Source: Blepharisma stoltei ATCC 30299 | Lineage: Eukaryota > Protista > Ciliophora | Assembly (NCBI GenBank): GCA_965603825.1 | Contig: CBFDEM010000056.1 | Coordinates: forward strand, 62,001 to 126,000 | Direction: 5' to 3' | DNA: 64,000 bases | Shown here: positions 10,912-22,181 of the stretch, piece by piece | Numbering within the stretch: the first letter of the stretch is position 1 | Layout: the number at the start of each line of letters is the position of its first letter | The notes under the pieces: model-generated | Seen by the model: the letters and a program-made list of their open reading frames with translations, nothing else | Told to the model about the DNA's origin: nothing | The model's database searches: none | Made by a program: the position numbers and the translations under genes

Positions 10912-13290
10912 TTAGTCTATTTTCATATCTCCAGAAATTTTGCATAGTCCGGATTTTATGGCTTCTAATTCTTCGGCTGATGGGATTTTTACCCCTGATT
11001 CTATCATTTTTAAGTCATCTTTATAAATATTAGTGGCATCAGATAATTCTTCAAGGCTGACTCCATATAATTTTCTTTGGACTTTTATAGTGGAAACTGA
11101 TGCCATTAGATGATTTTCATGACTATTCTCTCCTGCTAAATTATCAAAAGATAATAATCCTTCAGCGCTTTTATCCCCATCATGAATATTTTGGGTGGTA
11201 TCCAAGATATTCTGCAAATATTCTTCAGTCTTATATAAAGATTTTCTTTGTGGAAAATTTTTTTTCTTTTCTTTAAGCTTTAATTTCCCTTTGAAAAATT
11301 TTTCTTGTATAAGGTATATTAAGGCACCAAAAAATCTTATAATTAGCACAGCTGAGCCGGAAAAAGCAACTCCAAATATGAACCATTTTGAGGTTTCTGA
11401 GCCTTGAATTGAGTCTTCATCTACAATATTTAAGTAATAGCCAAAAATTATATTACTAAAAGATCACAAAATAACCCACCTTGTCCTAAATTCTTCAAAT
11501 TCTTCTAGACGATTTTTTTCTTCATTATTCATCTGGTCTGGCCTATTACCCCAAGTGCAGTCATGAATATTACAAATAGCATAAATCATAAAAATATTGA
11601 CATAAGTAGGAGACATCAATATGAAATGAAATGCCCCTTTCGCCATTGTAATAGCAGAGCCATTTAGAAATGAAATGATTGTAAATACAGCAATTCCTCC
11701 TAAAGCCAAAAATAAAAGCCACCCAAAATCATTTAATTCTTGCAAAATAAAAAGCAAAAGCATAATTAAAGAAAAAATCATAAAAATCCCATAGCTATAA
11801 GAAATCAATTTAAAAGCTTTTTCAACCCTTCTAGGTTTAACACCAAGCGACATATAAATAATGACAATAATGATGACTTCGTAAGCTTTAATTAACCATT
11901 CTGCAGCAGCTGAAGGAGCTTGGTCTCCATCAAAAAACCTTCTCATTATCATACCAAAAATCAAAAAAAAAGTACCTACCATAAACCACGAAAATACGAT
12001 GTTAATAAAATAATAAACCATTTGGACTGTAAAACAGAATTTCCTTAAAAAACTATGGTCAGATTGGTAGATTACCCCTGCTCTTCTTAAGGCATCTATT
12101 AATGCGAACCATGATCCATTTATTCATCGGCGCCTTTGGGCTATTAAATTAGAGAGCTTGCCAGGGACATCGGTTTCAGCGACCGAATTTTTTACATATC
12201 TTAAGAGATAACTGCAGCTTTTTTTGTTTGTTAGCGCTAGACAAAGGACTCTGTCCTCAGCTAGATATATATTTGAATGAAAAGCATCCATTAAGTAAGG
12301 GTGGCAAATTGACTTAAAATAGTCTTCCCATAAAGGATCACCTTGTAAAGCATCTCACCTATAGGCACTGAAAGCGCCAGGTAAAACTGTTATATAGCCG
12401 ATAACACTTTCTAAGGCTTTATCAAACATGTGTGTAATTTTATACTCAACTAATTGAGCCATTTCAATCATATTCCAAAAATTTGGATTCATGACTGTGA
12501 TTTCTCCGCAGCACCCAGCAATCCTTTTATCAGTTTCCATAGCTTCGTATAAATGAAAAAGAGATTTATCTAATGGCTTTGTTCCTACATCAAGCAGCAT
12601 CACATATTTCGGTTGAAGCATTTCACAAAATCCACCGAAAAATCATAAGTGTGTATTTAATTTTCTTTTATTTTTCTGTTTTACACAAAAAATCATCTGC
12701 AACCCATGCTCACTTTTTCCAAAATAATGAGTCTTCATGAAGCAATGGGCAAATTCATCGTCTTCATTTTCAAATGGAATTTTACATTCTAACAAATTTT
12801 CCGCTCTGAAGAAGCTTTTAACCTTTTTCTCATCAAAAAATTGCTTAAAATATCGTTTTTGTTTATTATAAGTTTCAAGGAAAGCGTTTATTCCATCAAC
12901 TATAACAACTGCACAAACTTTTTCTGTTGGAATCCCAGCACGTACAAAATAATCAAGATTTTCTGAAATTCCTTGCATTGTATCAATAAAATTTTTCATA
13001 TCTTCATTATACATACTGACCACAATAAGGAACTCTACTTTTGTTTCTTGGCCAGTGTATATTAAATTTCTAAAAATACTTTCGCGAAAATTTGAATCTG
13101 GCTCTATTCATTTTAAGCCACTCACTCCTTTGAGACTTTTGAATTCTTTGTTTTCATATTGAGTGATAGTCATTTCCTTAACGAGTTTCATAGGTTGATA
13201 TATCATTTCTGAATCATTTTCTTTTGGAGAAGCTACTGGGCTTTCTGGGTTGATAGATTTTCTGTGCAACTTCATGCCGACATGAAGCAT
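10912..13290 (-). CDS. CHS: Chitin synthase (GT2, fungal/oomycete division-1-like) with C-terminal XRE/Cro-C1-like helix-turn-helix, 792 aa
   Basis: Five listed ORFs share one frame joined by TGA(Trp). Motifs SMYNED, IVDG, KLNTHL-W, LLDVGT, LPGAFSAYR-W, YLAEDRVLC, ETDVP, QRRR-W-INGS, IHDCTWGNR. Confidence 0.93.
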
Positions 13291-13573
13291 GGTTTATTAC
13301 TATTAAACATGTGGAAATGGATAAATTTGGTAACTTACTGGTAGATTAATATTAATTTATTAAAGAAGCTATTATATATTTAGAAGTAATTATTATAAAA
13401 GATCTGATAAAAATCTGAGTATATTAAGCAATACTGAAAGGTGTAAAATATATAAGGGAAGAAATAAATGAAAGAAATAGTATTGAAGAATTAGTGAAAC
13501 CATGTAGAAATTTAGATAATTTTTGGAATAAATTAAGGAATTTTATTTGCAAATCAAAATTTATAGAGCTTGT

Positions 13574-13605
13574 CCGAGGATGGCGCTATTTTGCGCCATC
13601 CTCGG
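13574..13605. repeat. Perfect 13-bp GC-rich inverted repeat (CCGAGGATGGCGC / 6-nt loop / GCGCCATCCTCGG)
   Basis: Exact reverse complement; extends imperfectly to about 13555-13627. Confidence 0.92.
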
Positions 13606-13761
13606 GTAATTTCTATTAATAATTTTGTGAGAAATATAAAAATTAGCATATTATTTGGTAGATATCAATAAAAAATGCATACAAAGCACAATAATAGCCT
13701 AATTTATAATAAATCGTAAGTAAGATTGCTGTTTTATTAATTTTTATATTAAATAAAGCTT

Positions 13762-14400
13762 ATGGAAGAGCTCGAATTTCCTGATATTTATGATTTATTT
13801 CAAACATTTGATGTACAATTTTTTGAAGGAAAATTAGGAGTTGTAGAATTAATTTGAAGCAAAAGAATGACCTTATGTGCAGGTTTATGCTGTTATAAAG
13901 ACGGATTAATTACTATCAAACTTTCTGAACCCCTTTTAAAATACCGCTCAATCTCTGAGCTAAAAGAAACATTAATCCACGAAATGATTCATGCTTATTT
14001 ATGAATAATGCATATTGAATCAGGCAGAGATGGCCATGGCCCTGCTTTTCAAGATATTATGATAACAATAAATGCTATTGCAGGGCTTAATGTAACAATT
14101 TATCATTCTTTTCATGATGAAGTTGATTTTTATAGGAAACATATATGAAAATGTGATGGCCCTTGTCAAAACTGGAAACCTTATTATGGACTGGTAAAAA
14201 GAGCTATGAATAGACCACCTTCTGATAAAGATCCTTGATGTAAAATTTAAATAGGAAATGAACATCAGAAGAAGTGTGGAGGGAAATATACAAAAATTGC
14301 TGAACCAACTCCGAAGAAAAAGAAAAAAGAAGAGGCAACAAAAATTACAAAATTTTTTAAAAATGACAATAAAGACAGAGTAAAAAGTGAAAATAAATAA
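13762..14400 (+). CDS. SPRTN: SprT-like (Spartan) zinc metalloprotease, absent from the ORF track
   Basis: W(TGA)SKRMTLCAGLC, LSEPLLK, HEMIHAYL, GHGPAF, KHIW(TGA)KCDGPC, DPWWNEHQKKCGG after removal of a 15-nt intron. Confidence 0.92.
14240..14254 (+). other. 15-nt intron GTAAAATTTAAATAG splitting a TGA(Trp) codon
   Basis: Splicing gives cct tga t|ga aat gaa cat (P W W N E H), matching the SprT WW.EH motif; the unspliced frame hits TAA. Confidence 0.9.
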
Positions 14401-14721
14401 AACTTTGGGTGTAATAATTTTTCCAGATTAAAAATCATAAATTTTCAATGTGAAAAAATAACTAAAATAAAATTTTATGTTAAGAGAGAAATTTATTTGG
14501 CCACTTTAAACAGTCATTATAACCGGATCTTAAAAGTTTGAAAAATACATTAACGATAGAAATAAATTCTACGCTCTATTTATTGATATGATTAATATAT
14601 GGAAACATAATGGATCAACCGAATTCAATTTAAATTAGAAAAATTTCAGCCTCTTGCTAGTTTAAATGCACAAAATTTATCTTATTTAGTAATAGAAACC
14701 CAATACTCTTTATATTAATTT

Positions 14722-14958
14722 ATGGGAATTAACTGTTGCAGCCAGTCCGCGAGTAGAGTGTGCACAAGTATTATTCCTCCAACCCAGCAGCCAGCTAGGA
14801 CTGCTAAAAAAGCTGTATTAGAAGGAAATCATTATGAAAAAAATTCAATGAAGCTCGATATCAAGTCGAATTCTCTGTATCAAAAACGAACCAAACGAAA
14901 AGGAGAAAGAAGTAATCTTTCCTTGCATCATATTGATACCACTGTATCAGCTGTTTAA
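14722..14958 (+). CDS. Small hypothetical protein with possible N-acylation signal (MGINCC)
   Basis: 78-aa ORF between AT-rich spacers, ends TAA. Confidence 0.5.
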   Translation: MGINCCSQSASRVCTSIIPPTQQPARTAKKAVLEGNHYEKNSMKLDIKSNSLYQKRTKRKGERSNLSLHHIDTTVSAV

Positions 14959-15337
14959 TAATTAACTTAATTTAGAATAATCTCTCAAATTTTTCTTATT
15001 GTCCCTACATAGAGGAAAATTGTAATATGGAATATCATGACTAAAAAATCAGAATCGAGATTCGGTTAAAAATTTAACATTTAAAAGGAAATTAGAGACA
15101 AAATTAAAGAGATTAAAGAGATTCTTAAAATTTTGGGAAAATCCAATTATAAATAGAGAAAAATTATAAAAAGGCTTTTGGGAAGTCAAAGAGAAATTGA
15201 AAGATTTATTCTGTTTAATAATAAAATCTAGCAACTAGGCTTGATAATTAAGAGAATAATAATAACATTATTTAAATAAAAATATCGTTTTATTTTTACT
15301 TTAATCATTTCTATTCATAAAATAAATCAATTTTAAT

Positions 15338-18300
15338 TTAAACTTCTACACTTGTTTGTCGCTCAATCTCACTCATTGACTTACTTTTGGTTTTTTTGCT
15401 GAATTTCTTACTCCTCCTTCTGATAAACCCAGTAATTTTTCTTTCATAAACATCTCTTTTGATTGGCTCTTCTGAGAATTTTAAAAAATCAAACTTCGGA
15501 GACGGTAAAAACCTCACTAAAATCCCAATTTTTAAAGCGCCAGTTCCTATAACAATACAGAACAAATGCTCGAGAAATGTCAACGGGACTGTATTTGCTG
15601 GCTGCCCTCCAAATTGCACTAACAATACCTGAATTATCGCAGTCCCAATAATAATCCCTAAAAATATCCAATTTTTCGTAATTCCTTTAAAAACATTTTT
15701 TTCATCAGATTTTACTTTTCTGCAATTAATTTCATTAAAAATCTGCAGAAATACAAAAGTATTAAAAAATATGGTAAAATGTGTCCCGGTAGACATATCA
15801 ATTACAGCTGGCATTAAAAATAAAATCATAAAAAGACAAGTGCATTGGAAAACCACCTGGGCAATAATGTTTTTTAGCATATCAGGCGTCAATAGTGAAT
15901 CAGTTGATTTTATAGGTTTATTCTCAAGCAGTTTAATATCAGGTGGCTCAGTCGCCAAAGCCAAAGCTGCAAAAGTGTCCATAATTAAATTAACCCAAAG
16001 CATTTGGACAGCTGTTAATGGTGCTTTGTGTAATACAATAGCCCCAACAAAAGAAAGTATAAGTGCTACTATATTAACAGTTAATTGAAATTGTATGAAT
16101 TTGCTGATACATTCATAAATATTTCTTCCTCATAATACTGCTGTGACTATAGAAGCAAAATTATCGTCAAGTAAAATTATATCTGAAGCCTGCTGGGCTA
16201 GCTGAGTTCCAGCTTGGTGCATTGCGAACCCCACATTTGATTTTTTTAAAGCTGGGGCATCATTGGTACCATCACCAGTAACAGCTACAATTTCATTCAT
16301 TTGTCGGAGTCCTGTGATCAAAATAAATTTATCTTCAGGGGATGATCGTGCTAAAACTCTTAATTTTTTCATAATTTTTTTAAATTCTTCAAAATTCCCG
16401 ACAATTAATTTTTCTTGTTTTTTTATGCTTTGGGATTCTGCTCTAGAATTGTCTGACTCATTTAGTAAATATCCTGATCTTTCTCTAAATTCTGACCCTA
16501 GCATAACTGTATCTTCTTCATTGTCGATATAGTCTTCAGGCAAAATATTGCATCTTTTTGCAATAGAAACTGCGGTATCTCTGTTATCGCCTGTTACCAT
16601 TCTTACAATAATTCCTGCATTTTGGCACTTTTTTACAGCGTCTGGGACCTCTTCTCTCAGTGGGTCTTCAATTCCAATTATTGCTAATAAGGTCAAATTT
16701 TCTGTCAGATTTTCCACATTTTCTTTAACAGAAAAATTTTTATCCACCCTTTTATAAGCCATTGTTAAAGTCCTCAATGCCTTCTGTGCATAGCCAGAGA
16801 TTATTTTATTTATTTCATTTTTCATTTCTCCATTAATAGCTTCTTCTTTTTCTTCTTTATTCCAATAAGTATCGCAGCATTCTAAAACAGCTTCGCTTGC
16901 ACCTTTTACTAAAATTAAATAAAAATCATTTTTTTCAATGACTGTGACCATTTTTTTAGTTTTTGAAGAAAATGGGACTTGGAAAAAAATTTCGGCAGAG
17001 TCTCTTATTTCTTCATATTGGACGCCGAATTTTCGGACAAGTTTTAATAAGGCGATTTCTGTCCGAGATCCAGTGAAAGTTTCTTTATTTTCATGAACAG
17101 AAATGCTTGCTGTTGTATTACAGCAGCAATGCTCTATTAGCATATTTTTTGTATTTTCTTTAAGATTGAAGCCATGATCTAATTTTTGGCTTTGTGTGTA
17201 TATTGAGACTACCTCCATAATATTTTGTGTTAATGTCCCTGTTTTATCTGTACATATATTGGTAGCTTGGCCCATAGTTTCTGAGGCATCTAAGTGGCGG
17301 ACTAAATTATTTTGCAGCTTCATTTGATTTACAGAATAAGCTAAGCTTAAAGTTACAGCTAAAGGCAGCCCTTCAGGAACAGCAACAACAATAATAGTAA
17401 TTGAAATAATAAAATCTGATATCAGCCTTGACCAAGTTTCTTTAACCCACCCATCTTCTGCTACATCAATAATTAAATATATTATTAGAACCAAAAATGT
17501 CATAATTGCAACAGCAAGGCCAACTTTTCCAATCCCAAAAGCAATTCAATTGAGTTTCTGCTGGAGTGGGGTTTCATCAGTTTCTTCTTGCTGCAGCATT
17601 TCATAGTTTTTTCCTTGAAAACTATTTTTTCCGACAGCGAGAACTAAAGCAGTACCAGAACCATCTGTGATTTGTGACCCTGAAATTAAAAATGGGGATT
17701 CGTCGTCTCCATAGCCTTTATTGACGTTATCTGGTTCTCCAGTCATCGAGCTTTCATCTGCTATGATATTGTTAGATTCAATAAGAACTGAGTCAACAGG
17801 AATAATATCGCCACTTCCAATTTTTATTATATCCCCAACCAATAAATCAAAAACAGAAATTTGTTTATCTGTTCTATGATCTTCTTCTCTTTTTACTGTA
17901 ATAAGTCTCATCTGGGCAGCTTGGTCAAGTTTTCTAAACTGAATTTCTTTGATATAGTTATTTATAGCTGTAACTAGTACAACTATAATTACAGCTACTA
18001 AAATTGCGGTCCCTTCAAGCCAGCCTTTACTAGGCTCTTCTATAATTCCAATAATTAAGGATATTGTGGCAGCAATTATTAGTATCCTTAAAATTGTGTC
18101 ATCTAAAGCCTCTCATAATAATTTGAAAAATGATACCTTTTTTCTTTCTATTGGCTTATTATCTCCGTAAATCCTTATTCTTTCACTAGTTAATTCGTCA
18201 TCCATATTTATCCCTTTTTTCTTATCAGAGTAAAGATTTTTGCAAAGACCATCGATATGGCCAAGTTCTTCCAATAACTGTGAGCTTTTATTGGATTTTA

Positions 18301-18421
18301 TGTTATCTAGTATGAACATCTCATTTAGTTTTTCAGTAGGAATTTGTAGTTTTTGGTTGTTTTGAGAGATGTCAGAATCTAGTCCTTCAAGTAATGGCTC
18401 CATTAAAATTATGGTGTCCAT
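15338..18421 (-). CDS. PMCA: Plasma-membrane-type Ca2+-transporting P-type ATPase (P2B/PMCA)
   Basis: Four in-frame ORFs joined by TGA(Trp). DESSMTGE, VPEGLPLA, DKTGTLT, KGASE, MVTGD, TGDGTNDAPAL, W-GRNIY, QFQLTVN, WVNLIMDT. Confidence 0.95.
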
Positions 18422-19372
18422 CCATTTTGCTTCAAGTCTGAGTTTAATTATTAAATTTCAAAAAATTTAATAGATTAATTACCAAAATCTGTTATACTTC
18501 TTTTCATTTAGTCCTTAATTTTCCTATTCTTCATCCTTTAATCTTTTAAGAGGACCAATTTCTTACTTCCTGATAATTCTGTGAAAAATTATTTATTTGA
18601 TGTTATAATATAAAACAGCTTAAGGCATTAATTTGGCAAATAAAAGAAGTTCTTTCATAATTAACCTGGCTAGGCTTAAGTTCTACAAGTTAGATGTTGA
18701 AAGAGAAGACCATAAAACTTAGAAGAGGCTAAAACCTTTAATGTTCTTTAGTATCTAATGACATTTTTGTTTAAAGTTTAAGTCAATGATAAAAGCGGCG
18801 AACCAAGATTTGAAATATGTTAATAACTCATTAAATTTAAGAAAAAAATTATCTGGCTTCAACTTTTTTATTTCATACACTTTATCTCCTAATGGCAATT
18901 CTATTCTATCTTCTAAATAAAGCCGGCTAATAAGGCCGAACTTTAACATTTAATTAGGCAGTGATTCTTTGCATCTGATTTATCAAAAACAAGCAGCAAA
19001 TACAAATATTTATATTTTAGTTACAGTTTGCTTGATTTTTTAATATTCCTGGACCGGCATAAATGCATAGTAAAAATAATATCAGAATTGCTATACCAGA
19101 ATCCTTTTAAGCCAAAAACATTATTGTCCACCCAAAAGCCCTTCTTATCGTTCCAATAAATGAAAAGACGAATATTTATTATAGATAATCAGATATATAA
19201 GTTGTTATATGTTTTGATTATTACTTAAAGATATAATTATTTCAAAAAATAATGAAATCTAGCTATTAATTCCAAATTATCAATTAAAAATTATCCATTA
19301 GTTGATGCATTTCTTCTATTTTTAAAAGCATTACTTACATTTTCATCTTGTCAGTTAAAATTTAAATATAAA

Positions 19373-19654
19373 ATGCCTATAAAAGACGAGCTTAGAACTT
19401 TAGCTAATATTGGAGTCAAAATGCGCGAGGACTTAAGGCTTCTTAAGATAAACACAATTTCTATGTTAGCGCAACAAGATGCAGAAGATTTATATAATCG
19501 ATTAAATAAACTTAAAGGCTGCAGACAAGACCCTTGTGTATGGGATGTTTTCTCTGCTGCAATTCATCAAGCTAAAACCGGAGAAGCCACCAAATGGTGA
19601 AAGTGGACTCCTGAAAGGAAAAAAATCCAAGCAATGAGAAAATCGAAAAAATAA
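19373..19654 (+). CDS. Bacterial-type helix-hairpin-helix protein (Cdd1 / mitomycin-resistance McrB-like), 93 aa
   Basis: LRTLANIG..MREDL..L.I....L..QD...LY.RL....G.RQDPCV.DVF.AA......KW-W(TGA)-KWT.ERK; ends TAA 19652. Confidence 0.8.
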
Positions 19655-19732
19655 ATTTTAAATAACTAATTACATTATAAAAATTATATTTTAACCCCTA
19701 AGATCCATTCTAACTTTAATCTAATCTAATCA

Positions 19733-19912
19733 CTAGCACAGCAAGATACAAAAGACCTATATAACTGATTTAATTAGCTAAAATGATGTAGAAAAGATCC
19801 TTATGTGTGAGTTGTTTTTATAGCTGCAATTTATAAAGCTAAAACTGGAAAAGCTAATATGGTGAAAATAGACTCCTGGAAGAAAAAAATCTAAAAATGA
19901 TAAAATTAAAAA
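19733..19912 (+). pseudogene. Decayed partial tandem copy of the Cdd1/McrB-like gene
   Basis: LAQQDTKDLYNWFN*LKWCRKDPYVWVVFIAAIYKAKTGKA, then a frameshift and tgg tga aaa TAG act cct (WWK*TP). Confidence 0.8.
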
Positions 19913-19920
19913 AATCAAAT

Positions 19921-20835
19921 TTAATGAAGCTTGATTTTTATATCGTCTTTTATGGACTTAGAAATGTTGGTCAAAAACTCAAATTTATATAATTTGCAAT
20001 TTTTCATAATAAAATAAAAAGAATCTTGATAATAAATGCCATAGTACATGAGGTCGCTTGGATTCACATATGAAATTCCAATATTTCTTCAATTGTAGGG
20101 ATTTGATTTATCAGCTTCATAGATATTTCCACAAGCTTCAATTAATATTACTCTATTTTCATTAGCACACAATATTTTTGTATAAAAGTAGTTTTTTAAA
20201 TTAATTAAAATTTCAGTATAAGAATCAGAAATAGGATCATATTCATATAGATGGTGATGATGATAGCCTGATACAAAAATTTTATTTTGAAAAATAGCAC
20301 AGGAGCATCTTGTAGAAACTGTTGGCATTGATGTAAAGTATTCCCATTTTTTGGTATTTAAATCAAATTTCGCGCATCTTCTAAGAATTTCTCAATCTGA
20401 AGTTACCCCACCAAAACAGTAAACGCAGTTATTATAATAAATTGAGCCGGAGCAATAGCATGACAAACCTTGACCTAGAATTTCTATTTTATTTTCTGGG
20501 TTTATTGTAAAAGAATAGTGATAATTAGGGACATTTTCAAAGCAAAAGACCTTTTCATTAGGGATTTTGCACATTGATATTTGACAATTTAAGTAATCTG
20601 GGAATAAAAGAGCATTTTTTACTGAATTTAAATGGTTGAGATCAATAGTTGTCATTACCTTTGAATATCCAGAAAAAATTATAATTTTATCTGTATCATA
20701 TTGAGTGTTTATTCTGCATTTTAAATGCTTAGGGAGGCATATTTTGCTTCTTGTTTGCTGCTTTTTCCTTTTTCAGGCTTTTTCTTTTATATTATCCACT
20801 ATATTTTGCTTTTCAATGAAAATGTCAGAAATCAT
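19921..20835 (-). CDS. Kelch-repeat beta-propeller protein
   Basis: Continuous with three TGA(Trp). VYCFGG, CAKFDLNTKKW, IFVSGY, YEYDP. Confidence 0.75.
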
Positions 20836-21293
20836 TAAATAATTTTACGACCATTAAAAATTTTATAAAATTGTTTGATTAAAAACAACCAGCATTTGAT
20901 AAAAATCTGAGCATATTTTGATATGCTTCTTTCCTAATACTTAATTTAAAATAATAAAAATGTAATTTTTATTATTATTTGCTTACTTAAAGCAATATTT
21001 TCTTCCAAAACTCTCAACGAAAATAAATTGAATCATTAAACAAGCTGGCAACAGGAAAATCTTGAGAGGGTTGTAGGCTTGAGTACAATAAAAGTATGAA
21101 TTAGACAAGCTTTTATTATTGAAATTAAATTCCTTAATTATTAGCTATAAAGATTTAATTCCAATAAAAATATTTGCGCATTAACAATATAATAATCCCT
21201 CACTTATTCAAATTCCAACAAAAAATATCTTAATTATTCCTCTTTTAGATTATCAATCATGTCTTGCAGTTTTCCATTTATTAGATTACTTAT

Positions 21294-21917
21294 TTATTTC
21301 CCACAACACCCTTTCTTTTTCTTTACACTTGTAGGCCTCAATCCTATCGTATTTGAAACTGGCTTTGGATCATCTTCTTGTTTCTCTAGCCATTTTTCAT
21401 ATAAAATTGTACAAAAAGTAGTAAATGCTTCATGCACATTTAATCCACTTTTTGCTGAAGTTTCTAAGAAACCACTCAATTCATGTTTTTCTGCGAATTT
21501 TTTCCCTTCTTCAGTAGAAACCTCTCTAGGCTGTTCCCCATTTTCTACTAAATCGACTTGGTTCGCAACCAGAAAAATATCAGAATCTTGAGATGAATTT
21601 TGCCTGATTTCGTCAAGCCAATATTCACAGCTTTCAAATGTATGCCTTGCAGTTGCGTCGTATACTAATAAAACGCCATCAGCTCTTCTGTAAAAGCTCC
21701 TCGTTACACTCCTAAAGCTTTCTTGCCCAGCAGTATCCCAGATTTGTATTTTTATAGGCTGGCTTTTAATTTCTATTGATTTTGTGCCAAATTCTACGCC
21801 GATAGTCACATTGTGTTGCTCTTTAAACAGATTCTCACTGAACCTAAGCAATAAGCAGGATTTTCCGACTCCAGTATCTCCAACAATGATAACTCTAAAA
21901 AGGAGCTCTTGATCCAT
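21294..21917 (-). CDS. Rab-family GTPase (Rab2/4/14-like)
   Basis: GDTGVGKS, TIGVEF, WDTAGQE, ETSAK and C-terminal CCGK. G4 is an atypical NQVD. Confidence 0.93.
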   Translation of the reverse strand: MDQELLFRVIIVGDTGVGKSCLLLRFSENLFKEQHNVTIGVEFGTKSIEIKSQPIKIQIWDTAGQESFRSVTRSFYRRADGVLLVYDATARHTFESCEYWLDEIRQNSSQDSDIFLVANQVDLVENGEQPREVSTEEGKKFAEKHELSGFLETSAKSGLNVHEAFTTFCTILYEKWLEKQEDDPKPVSNTIGLRPTSVKKKKGCCGK

Positions 21918-22181
21918 AATTTAAATTCTCCTATCATGGAAATATTAATCTCGCAGCATAGTATTTGATACCTTAATTAAAACTAGCTTAATAACACTCT
22001 CTGGCTATATAAGAAAGATTTATTTCAATATAAATATTTAATAAATGTTGAAATTGTAATTAAAAATAATTAAAAAAACCATTGACTTGTCTTCATATCA
22101 AAAAAATTTTATAAGTATTTTAATTGTGAAATTAAAATAATAAAGAGTTATCGCTTAATTATTTTTATAAAAATATAGAAA

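Noticed and set aside
19373-19654. Bacterial contaminant sequence
   Set aside because: The gene uses TGA-Trp, has host-like AT-rich flanks, has a local decayed duplicate and is contiguous with eukaryotic genes.
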